A stretch of 64,000 nucleotides of DNA from Tubiluchus corallicola (lineage: Eukaryota > Animalia > Priapulida), in contig JAQGDQ010000051.1 of NCBI GenBank assembly GCA_030141605.1, positions 248,001 to 312,000 of the forward strand, in the 5' to 3' direction. The translations under genes were made by a program, and so were the position numbers. Below are positions 48,954 to 62,015 of the stretch, in pieces. The notes below the pieces were generated by a model. That model was given only the letters and a program-made list of their open reading frames with translations, was not told the origin of the DNA and made no database searches. Every line of letters begins with the position of its first letter. Position 1 is the stretch's first letter.

Positions 48954-49471
48954 AGCGACTTTAGAAGATGATAAGCCGGAACTTACTGTCGGGAGTAAAT
49001 AATAGCTCATCCTATATCGCTTGAAAGATAACTCAGGTGATTTGGTCGCACTTCCTTTTAGTTACTGTGACATCCTAACGTAACCGAGGGAAAATTAACT
49101 TGCCAAAGTAAAAACCTCGTTTTGTGCAAAGAAAGCCTAGGAAGCACCTTGCATCGAAGAAACAGGTGAACATGCTTCCAAACTAGTAGTGTGTGCATGT
49201 TTATAATTTTCCTCATAGATGGCGCCACAGTATTAAACTACGCATGAATCTGGTACTGTAAACAAAATCGGGATTGTGCTGATATGCAATGAACGCTAAG
49301 TAATAAGGAAAATTAAGACGAATTTAAAAGAAGACTTGCCAGAAACATACCTCATATTCCATATGCTGATTAACAGGAACGAAACAAGTGCTGAGACGTT
49401 AAAAATACTCGCTGCCTACCCACTGAACCGACCAAGCCATCCTATATCAGTGGTTTTATACGTGTGGTGGT

Positions 49472-49747
49472 CAGGGCCTATTTCAGCCTAAGCGAGGCCC
49501 GGGGAAGTGGGGTGTGTGAGGCCTCCTCGGGAGGGGGGGAAGCGCCGGGGGGCGGGCGCCACCATGGTTGGCGCCCAGAAAATTTTTTAACTGCTAGAAC
49601 TCCGGAGAAGCATTATCGAAGAGAAAATATGGAGTTATACAGTATGTTCGCATAAAGCAAAAAAATAATGTTACCTCGGCGCGAGGCCACCCTGGAGGGT
49701 GAGGCCCCGGGGAAGTATCCCCACTTCCCCCCTTGAAATAGGCCCTG
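49472..49747. mobile_element. GC-rich hAT-type MITE
   Basis: Perfect 14-bp TIRs cagggcctatttca / tgaaataggccctg; 8-bp TSD gtggtggt / ggggtggt (1 mismatch). Confidence 0.85.
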
Positions 49748-49929
49748 GGGGTGGTAAGGCTGGTATGCAATGCTGATACGTAATGGATCAATATGTTATG
49801 GAGGTAGTGATGAAAATAAATAGTGTTTCGCCGCCGTAACAATATATTATTATAATTTATTATATTATAATATTTATGTTTGTATGTTTTAAATATAAAC
49901 TTGGTTACCATATTCTTTTGCAATTTTCT

Positions 49930-51000
49930 AAGAATAATAAACTGTTCTAATTTAGAATCATGTTATGATGTGTTGAAATCTGAAAGTGTTAATCTAAAAA
50001 TGTGTCGCTTGTTGCTGAATGTTGGTTCTAAAACAGTTAGAAGTGTTGTGAGGGGTGAATTAGGCGAATTTCCGTTGTCTATTATAGCCATTAAATAGTT
50101 GTTTGAATTTGTGGCTCCCTCTCTTGGAGGATAATAGCTTGGCAAAAGATGCTTATAATCTTTCTAAAGACATTAGTTAAAGTGGTGGCCTTTTGTGGAT
50201 CAAATTCCTTAAAACTGTTTTGTTTGATCTGGGTTTTGGAGATGTTTCGAAACACCAAGATGGATTTAATAAAAACAAATTTGTCAAAACCATTAATGAT
50301 AAACTTGAATCTCTACACAGACAGTACTGGTAGCAAGAAATGAATGAAGACATTAATAAACTCAAAACGTATAAACTCTTTAAGAATACATATAGGATGG
50401 AAAAACTAATTATTTGTTGATTGGTATCCAAACATGTCCAAACTACTTTAACAAGATTTCGTATTAGTGTTCACAAATTAGCAATTGAAATCGGAAGATA
50501 TTATAAGCCGAGGAATTACCTGTAAATCAATTAGAATGCAAAAATTGTTGTTTGTATAAAGTAGAGGATGAATTGCGTGTAATTAATGAATGTCCAAAGA
50601 GCGCTAATATAACAGAGGAAAGTTTTTGGTACTCTTTCTGATTTTTGTACTAACCTTCAGTATGCGTCTCTTAATAAGAAGCTTGTGCTTTTAAATTCGT
50701 CACAAGAAGTAGAAGTTATAACAATCAATGCTTGATTGATCCAAAAAAACTTTCATCTGACTGATGAAACTCAGAACAAACCTGACTGATTAACAGCAAT
50801 AATTTTACAATAACAGTCTATGATATCAAGACTGTTTATACGTATGAATATTGCTTTGTTGTATGTGCGTATTTGCTGAATTATTGTACCATATACACGT
50901 GGTTTCTTCGTATTATAGTCTGCTTCTGTTTTATGTCTAGTGTATACATTTTTTTCTCTTCTGATCTCTTCTGATCTACATTTCAATAAAGGTCATAGAG
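49930..51000 (+). mobile_element. Decayed LINE 3' fragment (RTEX/L2-like)
   Basis: VRGELGEFPL, KLKTYKLFK, RFRISVHKLAIEIGRY, VEDELRV..ECP motifs; AATAAA near 50985. Confidence 0.75.
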
Positions 51001-51599
51001 CAGAAAAACATTAGCGTATAAAATTTCATTGCTACAACTTTAACTCTCGTCATACCTCCTTTTCTTATGGAGCGTCGTACAATATGTACACCAAAGTATT
51101 TCGCTAATTATAGATTATTGGTTACGTAACATCCAAACGACTATATTTTCATAATACAATGTACGCACAGAAAACTTAATGGAATTGGAATGTAGTCTGA
51201 ATCTTGAGTTGTAATTTATTTCTCGAAGAAAACGTGCTTCCGCAGCATCCATCTTGCAGACTCATAAATTGCCTAAGGCATCATCTCTGATTTAAAGGCC
51301 TGGAATTACAGGAAACCTGGGACTACTTTATTTAAGGCATTCATATTTCGCTGATAGGTTTTTTTTCAAAATTTATTTTGTAGATTGTAATACCTAGTAT
51401 ATAGGATATGATCACCAAGTACTAAGTATTACAATAGATGATAAATTAGATTTTGAAAAACGCGTCAGCGAAACACGACAGAAAGCCAGGAATAGATGTC
51501 TATTAATAAGAAATAAGTGAGATAAGCAATCTAAGATTAATAAAATTTCTCAATGTCAAGATTATTATTAATGATAATAGGAACCTACGATGAATTATA

Positions 51600-51720
51600 T
51601 TTTGACTTCAAACTGGCAAGGCAGGAAATGCGAAAAAGTTGAAACACAGCCTGGATTTGAGCCTGGGAACTTCCGTTTATGGTGCAGACGCCTTAGACCA
51701 TTAGGCCAATGTATCCCAAA
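51600..51720 (-). mobile_element. tRNA-derived SINE-like copy
   Basis: Minus-strand A-box TGGCCTAATGG and B-box GGCTCAAATCC; related copies at 5154-5235 (+), 51965-52080 (-) and about 37740-37790 (-). Confidence 0.6.
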
Positions 51721-51782
51721 ATTATCAAGGAAATTTGGTGATGCATAATTTATTCCTTAGAACTGGCTAACCAAATTCAGCA

Positions 51783-52265
51783 TTTCCAATGTTATATCGC
51801 TCACACTAGAGTGATTCTAAATGATTAAATTATTTTTTATTTTTTATTAGCTTTGAGCCCGGAATTTCTGTAGCTAATTAATTGATTATTATAATTTTAA
51901 TTTATATTTTTTGATGTCAAGCGTGTTGTTAATGATAATACGAACCCACTAGGCCTAGTAATTAAATTTTGACTCTAAACTAGAATAGCAAAAAATGTGA
52001 AAAAAAGGTGAAACGTGGTCTGGATTTGAACCAGGAAACTTCTACTTACATTGTAAATGCATTGGACCATAAGCCCGTCCAAAATTCATCTCTTATTGTT
52101 GGTCAATATCACTAATAATCGTTGATAACTAACATAAATATTAAGACATCTTGACATTAAAATTATAATAATCATTGAATTACCCACGGAAATGTCAGGC
52201 TTCAAAAGTAAAAAAATAATGTATACCTAGAATCACTGTAGAGTGAGCGGTCTAACATTGGAAAC
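51783..52265. repeat. Inverted repeat pair enclosing a SINE-like copy
   Basis: ttccaatgtta..cgctcac..agtgattcta / tagaatcact..gtgagcg..taacattggaa; ttattataatttta / taaaattataataa. Confidence 0.75.
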
Positions 52266-53047
52266 ATTGATTGGCGGTCTAACATTGGAACATTACAAAC
52301 AATGCATTTCAACTTTTTTTATTTTATTACGAACAGCAATAGTAACGGCCGCAGCAACTGCAACTACAACAATCAAAGCAAAGGCATAAAAAAGCAGCAA
52401 CATGAAATCATTAATTTTGTGGCAGAACAAAAACAGTGGTCGATTGGTCACCATGCTTCAGTGAGCAGACGCACGCCTGTAGTTCATAGCTTCTTGTACA
52501 TTACAGCTTGAAGTTTACGCTGTTGTGGGCGTGGGACTGTGTAACTGGGAGAATGACCTTAACATGCGGACACCCCGGAAGGATTAATTTCATGCGACAA
52601 CTTTCAAATTTCGTTTCATTAAACCAAAAAATTGTCCAACTTTGTTGGACAAACTTTTGTTTTATAAATGCATCACCGATAGGTACTTTTTCTGTTATTA
52701 CTGACTCATTTGATAGTAAGCTAACATGTAGGCGAAACTACCAGGTTTGCAGATCAACTCCGGTTTGTGCTCCAGTTACCTAAATGAACTTTGCGTGAGA
52801 TAATAACCAACCACTGCTCTTAACACACGCTTAAACTTATGACGTACCCAAGTATGTCCAATCGCATTTGTCGTTTCATGGGTAAATAGGAAGAAAAGCA
52901 TCAGGTGCTTGATGAACACATTTTTATGCAGACTAAGAGCAGGTGATAGTAAAAGTCTTCTTCGTGAATCTTTGCCATTCATAGTAGTACGTTGGTAATC
53001 TAAACTAGAAGCGTGATGAATGGCTAAATCAAAGATATCTATTAGAA

Positions 53048-53129
53048 ATGGAAGTGCTAATCAGTATTAGTCCTACGGTGTTTCTTCTTTGGATTATAGT
53101 ATCATATCTTTCGTGCCGCAGTATTCAAG
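53048..53129 (+). CDS. Sushi/CCP-domain protein, exon 1 (signal peptide)
   Basis: MEVLISISPTVFLLWIIVSYLSCRSIQ is a hydrophobic leader; donor AAG|GTAAGA; phase 1 matches the Sushi exon. Confidence 0.65.
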
Positions 53130-54869
53130 GTAAGACCAGTTAATTTTGACACTGCCGACTACAAGAACATAAACAAAAAGTACTTAGAGTTTTGCATCAA
53201 GAAGCGTACGTGGATTTTCACACTATGCCTCTGACTTTTTTATCAATTACAAAAAGAATGCGAAAATTGCTTAGTGATATATTACTTTAGTCTGCGCACT
53301 TTTGGTTCCTTTGCTGTGTTAGCCTTTAATGTCGCATTTATGATTATTTTCATTATAATTATAATGGCAGTACTAAAATTTTTTTATTATATTCTATTGC
53401 CCTGTTGTAATTCTGTAAAACAGTAACATTATAGTACTGTATACCCGCTATTCTACCAGTTTATCAATTGTTACATTTCAAGACCGTTGCATTGCATTGT
53501 TACATGTCGTGTAAAGGTAAAAACCACTGATTTACATATCAGTGAATAACATCGGCGTACAAGCAAATGTCATCTGATGATATCCGATGATAATGAGCTC
53601 TGGATTTGATGATGTCTTTAAAAAATTTTGCTTAAATATCGGGGACTGAGCGGGAAAGGTTAGTAATTTTGCTGTTAGTTACAGTTACATCTAATGAACT
53701 TTGGCTAGGTACATAAAATTTTGCTGCAGGAGTACAAAAAATGGGATCAAGCAAAACTGAAGAACAGTTTATGACAATTTATTGCATTAAAGTTTTATTA
53801 AAACAATAAAGAATCTGTCATTTGGAAACCCTCGCATATCTCGCGCACTGTATGTTATCTTGAGGAGCATCGAGGGCACACTACTGTTGAACTCAAAATC
53901 ACCTAACTCTTCCTTTCAAATGTCTCATGAGCTTGAATCATCTCGGCCGCACTTCTGTCTTTTAGGATGTTTTTAGGGGAGCTGAGGTGGATCTCCACGC
54001 CATCGGTCTACTCGAAAACATTAAGCTCATAATTTTCGGCTCCAATCACACCCATAACCCTTCAAGATTGAAGGCTGCACAAGACCCATAAGGCTTCTCC
54101 ACTAAATATTACGAGCGTGACAAATTCTCTGCCGTTTCACCAATCCTTAGCCAGTTTGGTGCAATAAATTGTTTTGTACTATTATCCATTGTTTTTACCC
54201 CTTGCCAGAAAAGGGTTATGTACCACCTTGTATAGGGAAAATATTTGGTTTTTGTGCTAACAGTCATCGCCGTATCTAACGGGAAAAAAGAGGAAGATAA
54301 AATTTAGCTCGCAAGGATGTGTAAACTTTGATCTAGACGTACTAACGAAAAAATAGTCTGAAAAATTCAAGGCTTTAGACGCTGTAATGGAGGCCTGCTA
54401 TCCTAGCATGTTGCAATGTAGGGCCACCGTATACAATCTCATTAGCCGACAGGGTAATTTTCAGTAACACTCAGAAGAACAAAGCATTTACTAGGTTTTT
54501 GCCAGAAGGATAAATAGCATGTTAATGTGACTGGCGTTCTACTGTATGTTTAGCGTGTTGAGTATAAATTGATCAGCTTACTGTTCAGTGTACAGCTATA
54601 AGTTGCGGTAGTTAGAAGGGTTATTACATAATTATGAACAATAATCAAGTGGGCGCTTTGCGTGATTTTCGTGCGTCTCTTTTCGGTGCATTTCTACTTT
54701 GTATGTTTTATAAATTACTTTCACGTGAAAAAACTCAGATTACTTCAGCTCAGTTGTATTTTAATCTTGGTAATTCAAGACTGCTGTTTGTTATTACCAT
54801 TATAACAGTTTTCAATAACCAATAACCAATTTGTTTCGATTTCTATAGTGTGTACGCGTTACTTTGACG

Positions 54870-55870
54870 CGATTTCACATTGACTCGCCTCCTGTCTTGC
54901 TGACAGGAAACAGACAGGCTCAAGAGATGCTCTTTCTTCCAAAACCATGAAGGCCATCTTTCGGCGGCACAAGGGTTTGTAATTGGGACCCTCCTATTAA
55001 TTCCGTTCACTAGTGACCGGTCTAATGCCCTGGAAGGGATTATTCCTAATGCTGAAATGTACGCAGATGACACGATAATTTCGGTGAATCGTACATACGT
55101 AGTTTTAGTAAATTTCAAATATGATTGTGCTAATATTGCATCTCATTGTTCTAAAGACAGTGATATGGTCATAAATACTGAACAAGATAAAAACTTCGTT
55201 AACTATCATCACATGAAATTATATGGATGGTTTTAATAAAAACAAAAATTACGCAGATTGGTGCAAACGAACGCTTATAAATTCTCTTCCTGTTATTTGT
55301 CTGTTAATGATAATGGCGTAACTAAAACTTGTCTATAGCAAATTTAGCTATTCTCAAAAAAATAAGAAAATTTTAGCCGAGACGTAAAAGGTACTGTTTT
55401 ATAACAGTTACTTCAAATTAAAGATTGAGTACTGTTGCACTGTTTAGAACAACTGCACTGATACTCTTTTCTGAGAGCTTTTCAATTCAAAAGAGAGTAA
55501 TGGGGTTCATTCTTGACACGCCTACAGATTGCTTCACTGTTCAACTGCTAAGTGACTTGAACTGGTTGTCCTTAAAACATAGAATAAATTGTCATAAGTT
55601 GGTTATGATGTACAAATCCTTGACAATAGTTGCTTTGTGTTGTTGAGCTTTTAACAGTTAATAGCCTGTATTGAATTATATTTCAGCATACCTTTTTAAC
55701 TATCGCATCTTGTTGAATAGCATAATAATTTTTTATAAATAATTGCCAATTCTTATTCTTGTAATAGCATTTATGCTTAATTTTAATGTGACTGTAATAA
55801 TAATTTAAAATTTTGTATTTTGTCATTATACTGGCCAATCTAAAATTAGTGTAATTATAAAGAAGTTAGA
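54870..55870 (+). mobile_element. Decayed L2/CR1 RT fragment
   Basis: AAQGFVIG, EMYADD and DLNWLSLKHRI..HKLVMMYK motifs. Confidence 0.7.
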
Positions 55871-55939
55871 ATGTCATCCAATATAAATAAGGCAAAAATA
55901 AAAACAACAACAACAACAACAATAATAATAAATAAGTAA

Positions 55940-56800
55940 ATGGACAAAGTTGGTGAAACACGTAAGGAAAATAAAGAAAGGCGTCTGAGGGAAGGAACAG
56001 ATGAATGGAGCAGAAGAGCCGTGCATGGCAAATTTAAAAAGATTGTGGATAAAACTGACCAACCTAGGACAAGCTATAAGTGGTTAGTTACCATCTGGTG
56101 CACCAAAAGTATCCATCACTGGCCAGAAAAAATTACATAAATAACACCATGTACATTGTGTTACCAGAAAGAAAAACCTGTAGCACATTTATTGATTAAT
56201 TGCGAATATTTAGCAAATACACAATTCAAAAATGTAGTTAGTAGTTTAACGACAGAGTAGTTAAACTCATTCACTGGGCTTTGTGTGGTAGATATGAACT
56301 ACCTAGAGGCTCATCTTAGTGGGAACATCATATTGATAAAGTTCCGGAAAATCAAAAGGTAACAATTCTTTAGGATTATAACATTTTTAAGATAAAGTAA
56401 TATACCACAAATGCCTTGTTATAACTGTAATTGAAAAGGGAGACAACAAAGTGGTATTTCTAACTGACATAGCAATGCATTGGGATGCAAACGTAAGGAC
56501 TAAATAAGTAGGGAAGATTGAAAAATATACTGATCTGACAATTGAGTTAGAAAGAATGTGGAAAAAGCCCATCTATGTTGTCCAATAATAGTAGGGTGCT
56601 TAGGGTGTGTTGACAGAATTCTAGCAAATGCACTGAAAACGTTAGCAATTACAGCAATTTACAATGGAGTGTAAATGGCAGGATGTTTAGAAGCAAGCCA
56701 TTTTGGGTTCAGCATAAATCCTGGGATGATATTTGTAGAGCTTAATCTTGGGGAGACCCCACTTTGCAAGTGACGATAAACCAGTTGAGTTGTGATATTA
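55940..56800 (+). mobile_element. R4/Dong-like non-LTR retrotransposon 3' part (restriction-like endonuclease), decayed
   Basis: VHGKF..IVD..SYKWL, CxxC/H/C zinc knuckle, IHWALC, EKIEKYTDLTIELERMW and VPIIVGCLG motifs; flanked by (CAA/TAA)n. Confidence 0.8.
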
Positions 56801-57590
56801 TACAACAAAAACAACAACGACGACGACGACGATAATAGGGGATTATGCAGTCGAAGGTCAACTGCTACATTTAACCCCCAAGTACCCCTGCTTACGTGGA
56901 AAAACATACTCTCAGAACCTAAGCAGTTTCTTTGGTTCCTAAGCAGTTTATTCGTAGTACTCGTCTTTTTGCTATTCCTCATAATTTTACTCTAGACATT
57001 CATAGATGAAAAAAATGCAAAAACCTGTTTATAAACCCCGTTTTTTCATTCAGGCTTCTTCTCTGGGGAGTTTTTGTTAAAAAATTGTCACCCTGAAGAC
57101 CACAAAAATTTGCAAATAGATACCTCCTGTCATTAGTAAATTGGTTATACGAATCCTAGTTCTCCACACGTGCATTTTTACCTTTTAACTGCTACCCGTG
57201 ACTTTGGGTGGGGCAATTCATATAAAAGCGTTTTATGTGAATAATCCAGTGTAGTCGCACTTCAAATATTCAAATCAAATCAAACAAGCTCACCCATGCT
57301 GTACACGTGCAGTTCCCTTGTACCGGGTTTCCTTATGCATTTTGATGTTGGATTGAAGACTATAACTTGAGAGTCAGTCTTGCTCTTGGGCAGAGCATGG
57401 CACAATAGAAAGCAAAACACTTGTTCACGTTCATCATGTAACAAAAAGCTCATTATGTAACAATGCAGCATTATGTAACAAAATGCTGCATTACATAACA
57501 AACCACAAAATTCGACATTATGTATCAAATTTTCCGTTATTATGTACACGCTTCTTTATATAACAATTTTTTTTCATTATTTAACAATCA

Positions 57591-58148
57591 TTATGTAACA
57601 AACAAGGTTACATTAGGTAACAAACTAATACAGGGTTGATCGTGGCCCGTGCGTAGGCTTTGTCACAGTCTGAATTTGCTCTAATTATTGGACAGGGGCT
57701 TCAGAGGTCTTGTCTGTGGCTGATTGTTAGGATCTGATCTGTCTGAGATATGATCTATCAGTGGACTGGTTTGAGGTTGACTGTTTGGAGTCTGATCTCT
57801 TCGAAGTCTGATCTGTCAGAGGCTTGGCCTGTGGTTAGTCTGCCTGGTGTCTGGTCTTGAGAGTTCTATCCGCATCTGATTTGTTTGGGATCTGATCTAT
57901 CTGAGATTTGACCTATCAGTAGTCTAGTTTGTGGTAGACTTGCTGGGGTCTGATCTCAGACTAGCCACTGATGAAACCTATGTTAGATTAGATCTCAGGC
58001 AGACCAGGCCAGAACTGAGGCGCATCTAGAACCGAGAGAACAGGCCCTGCCCAAAAATTAGAGCAAACCTATACCGTGACAACGCCATCCGCAGTCGACG
58101 ACCCATCCTGGATTAGTTTGTTACATAATGCATTATTCTTTACATAAT
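57591..58148. repeat. Foldback element with about 105-bp arms around a TCTGA-rich core
   Basis: gtaacaaactaat / attagtttgttac; tttgctctaatt / aattagagcaaa. Confidence 0.8.
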
Positions 58149-60436
58149 TAAGCTAATTTGTTATATAACGAACCTCAACACAGCTAAAGGAAAACTGAAG
58201 AAAACAGTGAAAAGACTTGTACATTGTATCTGTGAAATACAGCAAAACGCTTGACTCCGTCAGTAAAGCTTCAGTAAAAGTGGGGATCATCCGTCCTCTC
58301 CTGATGGCGTGACAGCTCAAGTAATTGAGACAAGCAAAAGTCGAGTCCTTTAATGTTGCAAATGAACTTCAGTGTTGGCTACTGCTTTCAGAGCTCTTCT
58401 TTAGAAGTGTGCCAGTTTATAGAAAGCTAATAACAAAGTACTTTCAATGAGGTGCTTGCGCCACTTACGTGGCATCAAGTGGCAAGACAAACGCCCAAAC
58501 ACAACGTTACTTAAGCATTGCGCATGAAGAATGTGGGTGGGCACGTCTGAACTTGTCCGGGCACTAGTCAGAATGCAGAACACGGGGAGACCAATAAAAG
58601 CTTTTGGGTCCGTGTCTCTGAGGAGAAAAAACCGCATTATGAAAAATGAACACGTTCTAACTAATGATCCCTGTCATTTGCCGTCTTCCGCTTACTACCA
58701 AGGCCTCTATTATCTAGACCTACCCTGAACTTGATACAATATTTTCGGCCCACAAATTTGTATTACAGCAAAGCTTTTACTCCCAAGAAGCACTGTTTGT
58801 AGATGTGTATGATTTCAGTCTACTGCACTAAGGTGCTAATGAATTTTATTGGTGTACTTCGTGGCTTAGTACAATGAATGAAGGCAGTCATCTTTTTAAT
58901 CGAAAATAAAAATTTCGTAAACAAAATATGCTCTTTAAAACTGTTTTAAATTACTTTGTTTAACCGCGTAGACAGGCCCAAAATTAATTGTCTTAAAAAC
59001 CGCCAATATAATTAAGCTGTATTTATCTCAACATAATTAACAGTCTTTCTTCCTGTGTTACTTGTCCGACCTGGTGCTGTTCAGCTCAATTCGAACCTTA
59101 TATGGACAACTGGGAGGGGGATAGGGGCGTTTAGATCTCCGAAAAAATGTTCCATAGATGACTTCGAGGATTTAGCACTAGATAGAATTGAGTGTAGCTC
59201 GGTAGCTTGAGCTGTGAAGAGGAAAAACAGCGGAAGAGGGTATAAGAAGAAAAGCTCGAGTATTGCAATTAATATAGTAATTAATATTGCAATTAACAGC
59301 ACCCTGTGACTGCGTGGCTGTATTTACAGCTGCGAATCCAAACCCACAAGTGAAAACAGGCGCATCGACACTGACAGCTGAAACAATGATGATGATGATG
59401 ATTTTAAAGGTGCCTGACTTTGACAACTCTGATCTTTTGCCACTTTTTTCTTGCTTCTATGTCTTTATTTTATATTGAGTGGTCACACATTTGATTGTAG
59501 TCTAGTTAGTTTTGCTATACTGCACAATGGGATTAATTAGAATAAATTTAAAAAAATTTTCACTTGTTCTGTTACAATGAATGCACAAAAAGTCCTAAGT
59601 CGGCCAGAAAAATTTACCCGACAAACTTTTGTCCACGACACTGTTCATCCAACTTCAGTAGACGGCAAAAGTTGATTGTGTGGCAGCGCTTTTCGCTGTT
59701 TCATACAACCTTCAAAGAAAACAGTATACAATCATTGTAAGAATTGTAAATTTGTAAACAAACTAGTAGCCTGTAGATTGTTACTGTATATTGTAACAGT
59801 GCACCATTCTCTTGACTGAATTTCATAAGATGTCTAACGGCGTAATACGGCGTCCTATTTAGACCCACTTCCGCATTGTACAGGCAGCTTTGCGGAAAAC
59901 CCACTATTCGAAAGTGGGTGTCACCCACATTCTTGGGTGCTAACTGTGTCAACGATTAAGTCAGTGAGGATCGATGTAATGTAAAAATAGTGGTTTAGTA
60001 GTTCCTAATAGGAATGGTAATAACTTATATTAATTTCACTCACGCATACAAGTCAGACAATTTGCTGCAAACAGGTTTTTCCTCGTGTGCGCCGAGACGG
60101 CCGAAAATAAATAAATATGTAAATGGATAAATAAGTAAATAAATAAACAATTAAATAAATCAATAAGTAAGTAAAAAAAGGTTAATTGTGTGTTTTAGAA
60201 GCAGATTTTTGAGAAGCAGCAGAGAATGAAAAGTGCAGTTACCAGATCTTGGAAACATTTTCCAGCTTATAAAACTCCTAAACAGCTAATTTTGCAAACT
60301 CATTTGATTATTTTTGTCATACGCTCTTAATAGCACGCAAATAAAGATTATAATACAATATGTACAGGTGCTGCCCTCTATTTGTAGGACAAATGAACTT
60401 AAGAACAGTTAATTGGTATCAATTCATTTTTACCAG

Positions 60437-60619
60437 GTCAACTAGCGTGCAAGTTTCCCGGTGCTGGCGCTGGGACATACGTAAAATTTAGCCAACCACC
60501 ACCATACATTCCTAACACAAACGCAACATACAACTGTGATGCTGGGTTAGAATTGTTTGGACCAAGAATTAGAAGTTGTCAAACAGATGGACTATGGTCT
60601 CATTCGGAGCCTGTCTGTG
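60437..60619 (+). CDS. Sushi/CCP domain exon of a secreted or surface protein (gene probably continues beyond the window)
   Basis: CKFPG...NATYNCDAGLELFGPRIRSCQTDGLWSHSEPVC has the 4-Cys plus Trp CCP pattern; 183 nt, phase 1-1; CCAG acceptor and GTGAGT donor. Confidence 0.92.
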
Positions 60620-62015
60620 GTGAGTTTTAATAGCTTATTAAGTACACTTATAGTGCCATTTTAATCTTAACATAATTGTTTGTCGGACTTGCATGTTTTG
60701 AATCATTGGACCACGGAAATATAATAATAGGTGATATAGACAAAGTGAGATCAATGTGCCTGTTACATGTCAGGGAAGTCTAGCTGGGATAAATAGGCTC
60801 ACTTTTTTCAGTGTAAGTTTTTATATCATTTTGTTGACCAAATTATAAATCATTTAAAATTGATAGAACGTTTTTTACCACTTTTCTGCTTTTTACACTA
60901 AAAAACTGTTGTAACCCCAATGCTTTTTAAAGTGGACTCTTAACTATAGTAGTGTACAGTTTAACAAATAAGCCATAGCAAAAATGAAAGCGCATAAATA
61001 ATTAGCTTTTCAACGCGCCGTAAAGTAATCCACATTATCTACTTTATTCACATAAGATCTAATTTTAAGTTCGTAGGATGAATAAACGTAGCAGAGAATT
61101 TTATTACATATTTAGGGCATAATACCAGGTCAGTTACAAATTACGTGTTTAATTACAGCTGAAAGAAAGAAATCACTGGCACCATCTATTGTTTCTTTCA
61201 CGAAACCATGTCTCTATTCAAGTGGGTACTAGACATTTCTTTCCAGATGTTTATTATTTTCTGGAAAGCACGTGCGAATGGCACTTTTTGCAATGCTTGT
61301 TATTATAACCTCAAAAAATTATTAGTTTAGTGATCTGTTATGTGCTTTTACTTTTTTTCATGCGAAGGTAGCCCACAGGTGAAGATAATGCACAGAGGTG
61401 TATTGAAATGTTGTGTCTCTTGTTTCCACATTGTGGAACTTTCTGTTTCTAATTGCTGGTATTTGTCACTAAAATTATCTCTGTGTCACGACATTCTAAT
61501 CTTCATTCATAAAGCACGGTGACCAAACACAGGTTTCTATTATTGGATCAAGGCTAATTATAATATGTACCGGCAGGGTAGTTTCTTACCGGTGCAACGT
61601 TGCATACTTTTACAGTTTTTTCACTATTGGAAACTAATGGATTAGTTAAATTAATAATTAATTAGAGTAATTAAGTGTCATATTTTGTAATACCCACATC
61701 TATTGAAATGCGCACAAATGCCAGCTGCGGGTGGCACTTTCTGAATTGGTTCTCAGGCTATCGGAGTGGAACCTGGCTGGAATCTCGGCAGTGGCGTGTT
61801 CTTTGTGTTCATTATGTAACAATGCAGCAATAGGGAACAAATCACAAATTTGCCATTATGTAGCAAATTATCGTAACAATTATTGTGCAGTAATTTTTGT
61901 TTCATTATGTAACAATTATCCCATGTAGTTTTGGTCATGCTCTTCAGTTGGATTGTTACCATCTGCATGTGGTCTAATTTTATGACTGGGTCAGTTTTTT
62001 CCTTTCCTAGACGTG

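Noticed and set aside
48928-49165. Protein-like frame interrupted only by TAA/TAG, suggesting TAR-to-Gln reassignment
   Set aside because: Five stops in 79 codons is about what random AT-rich DNA gives. The 1573-codon scaffold gene has no internal TAA/TAG and ends in TAA, so the standard code applies.
51640-51715. Functional tRNA gene
   Set aside because: No clean cloverleaf or acceptor stem; several diverged copies with shared flanks indicate a SINE.
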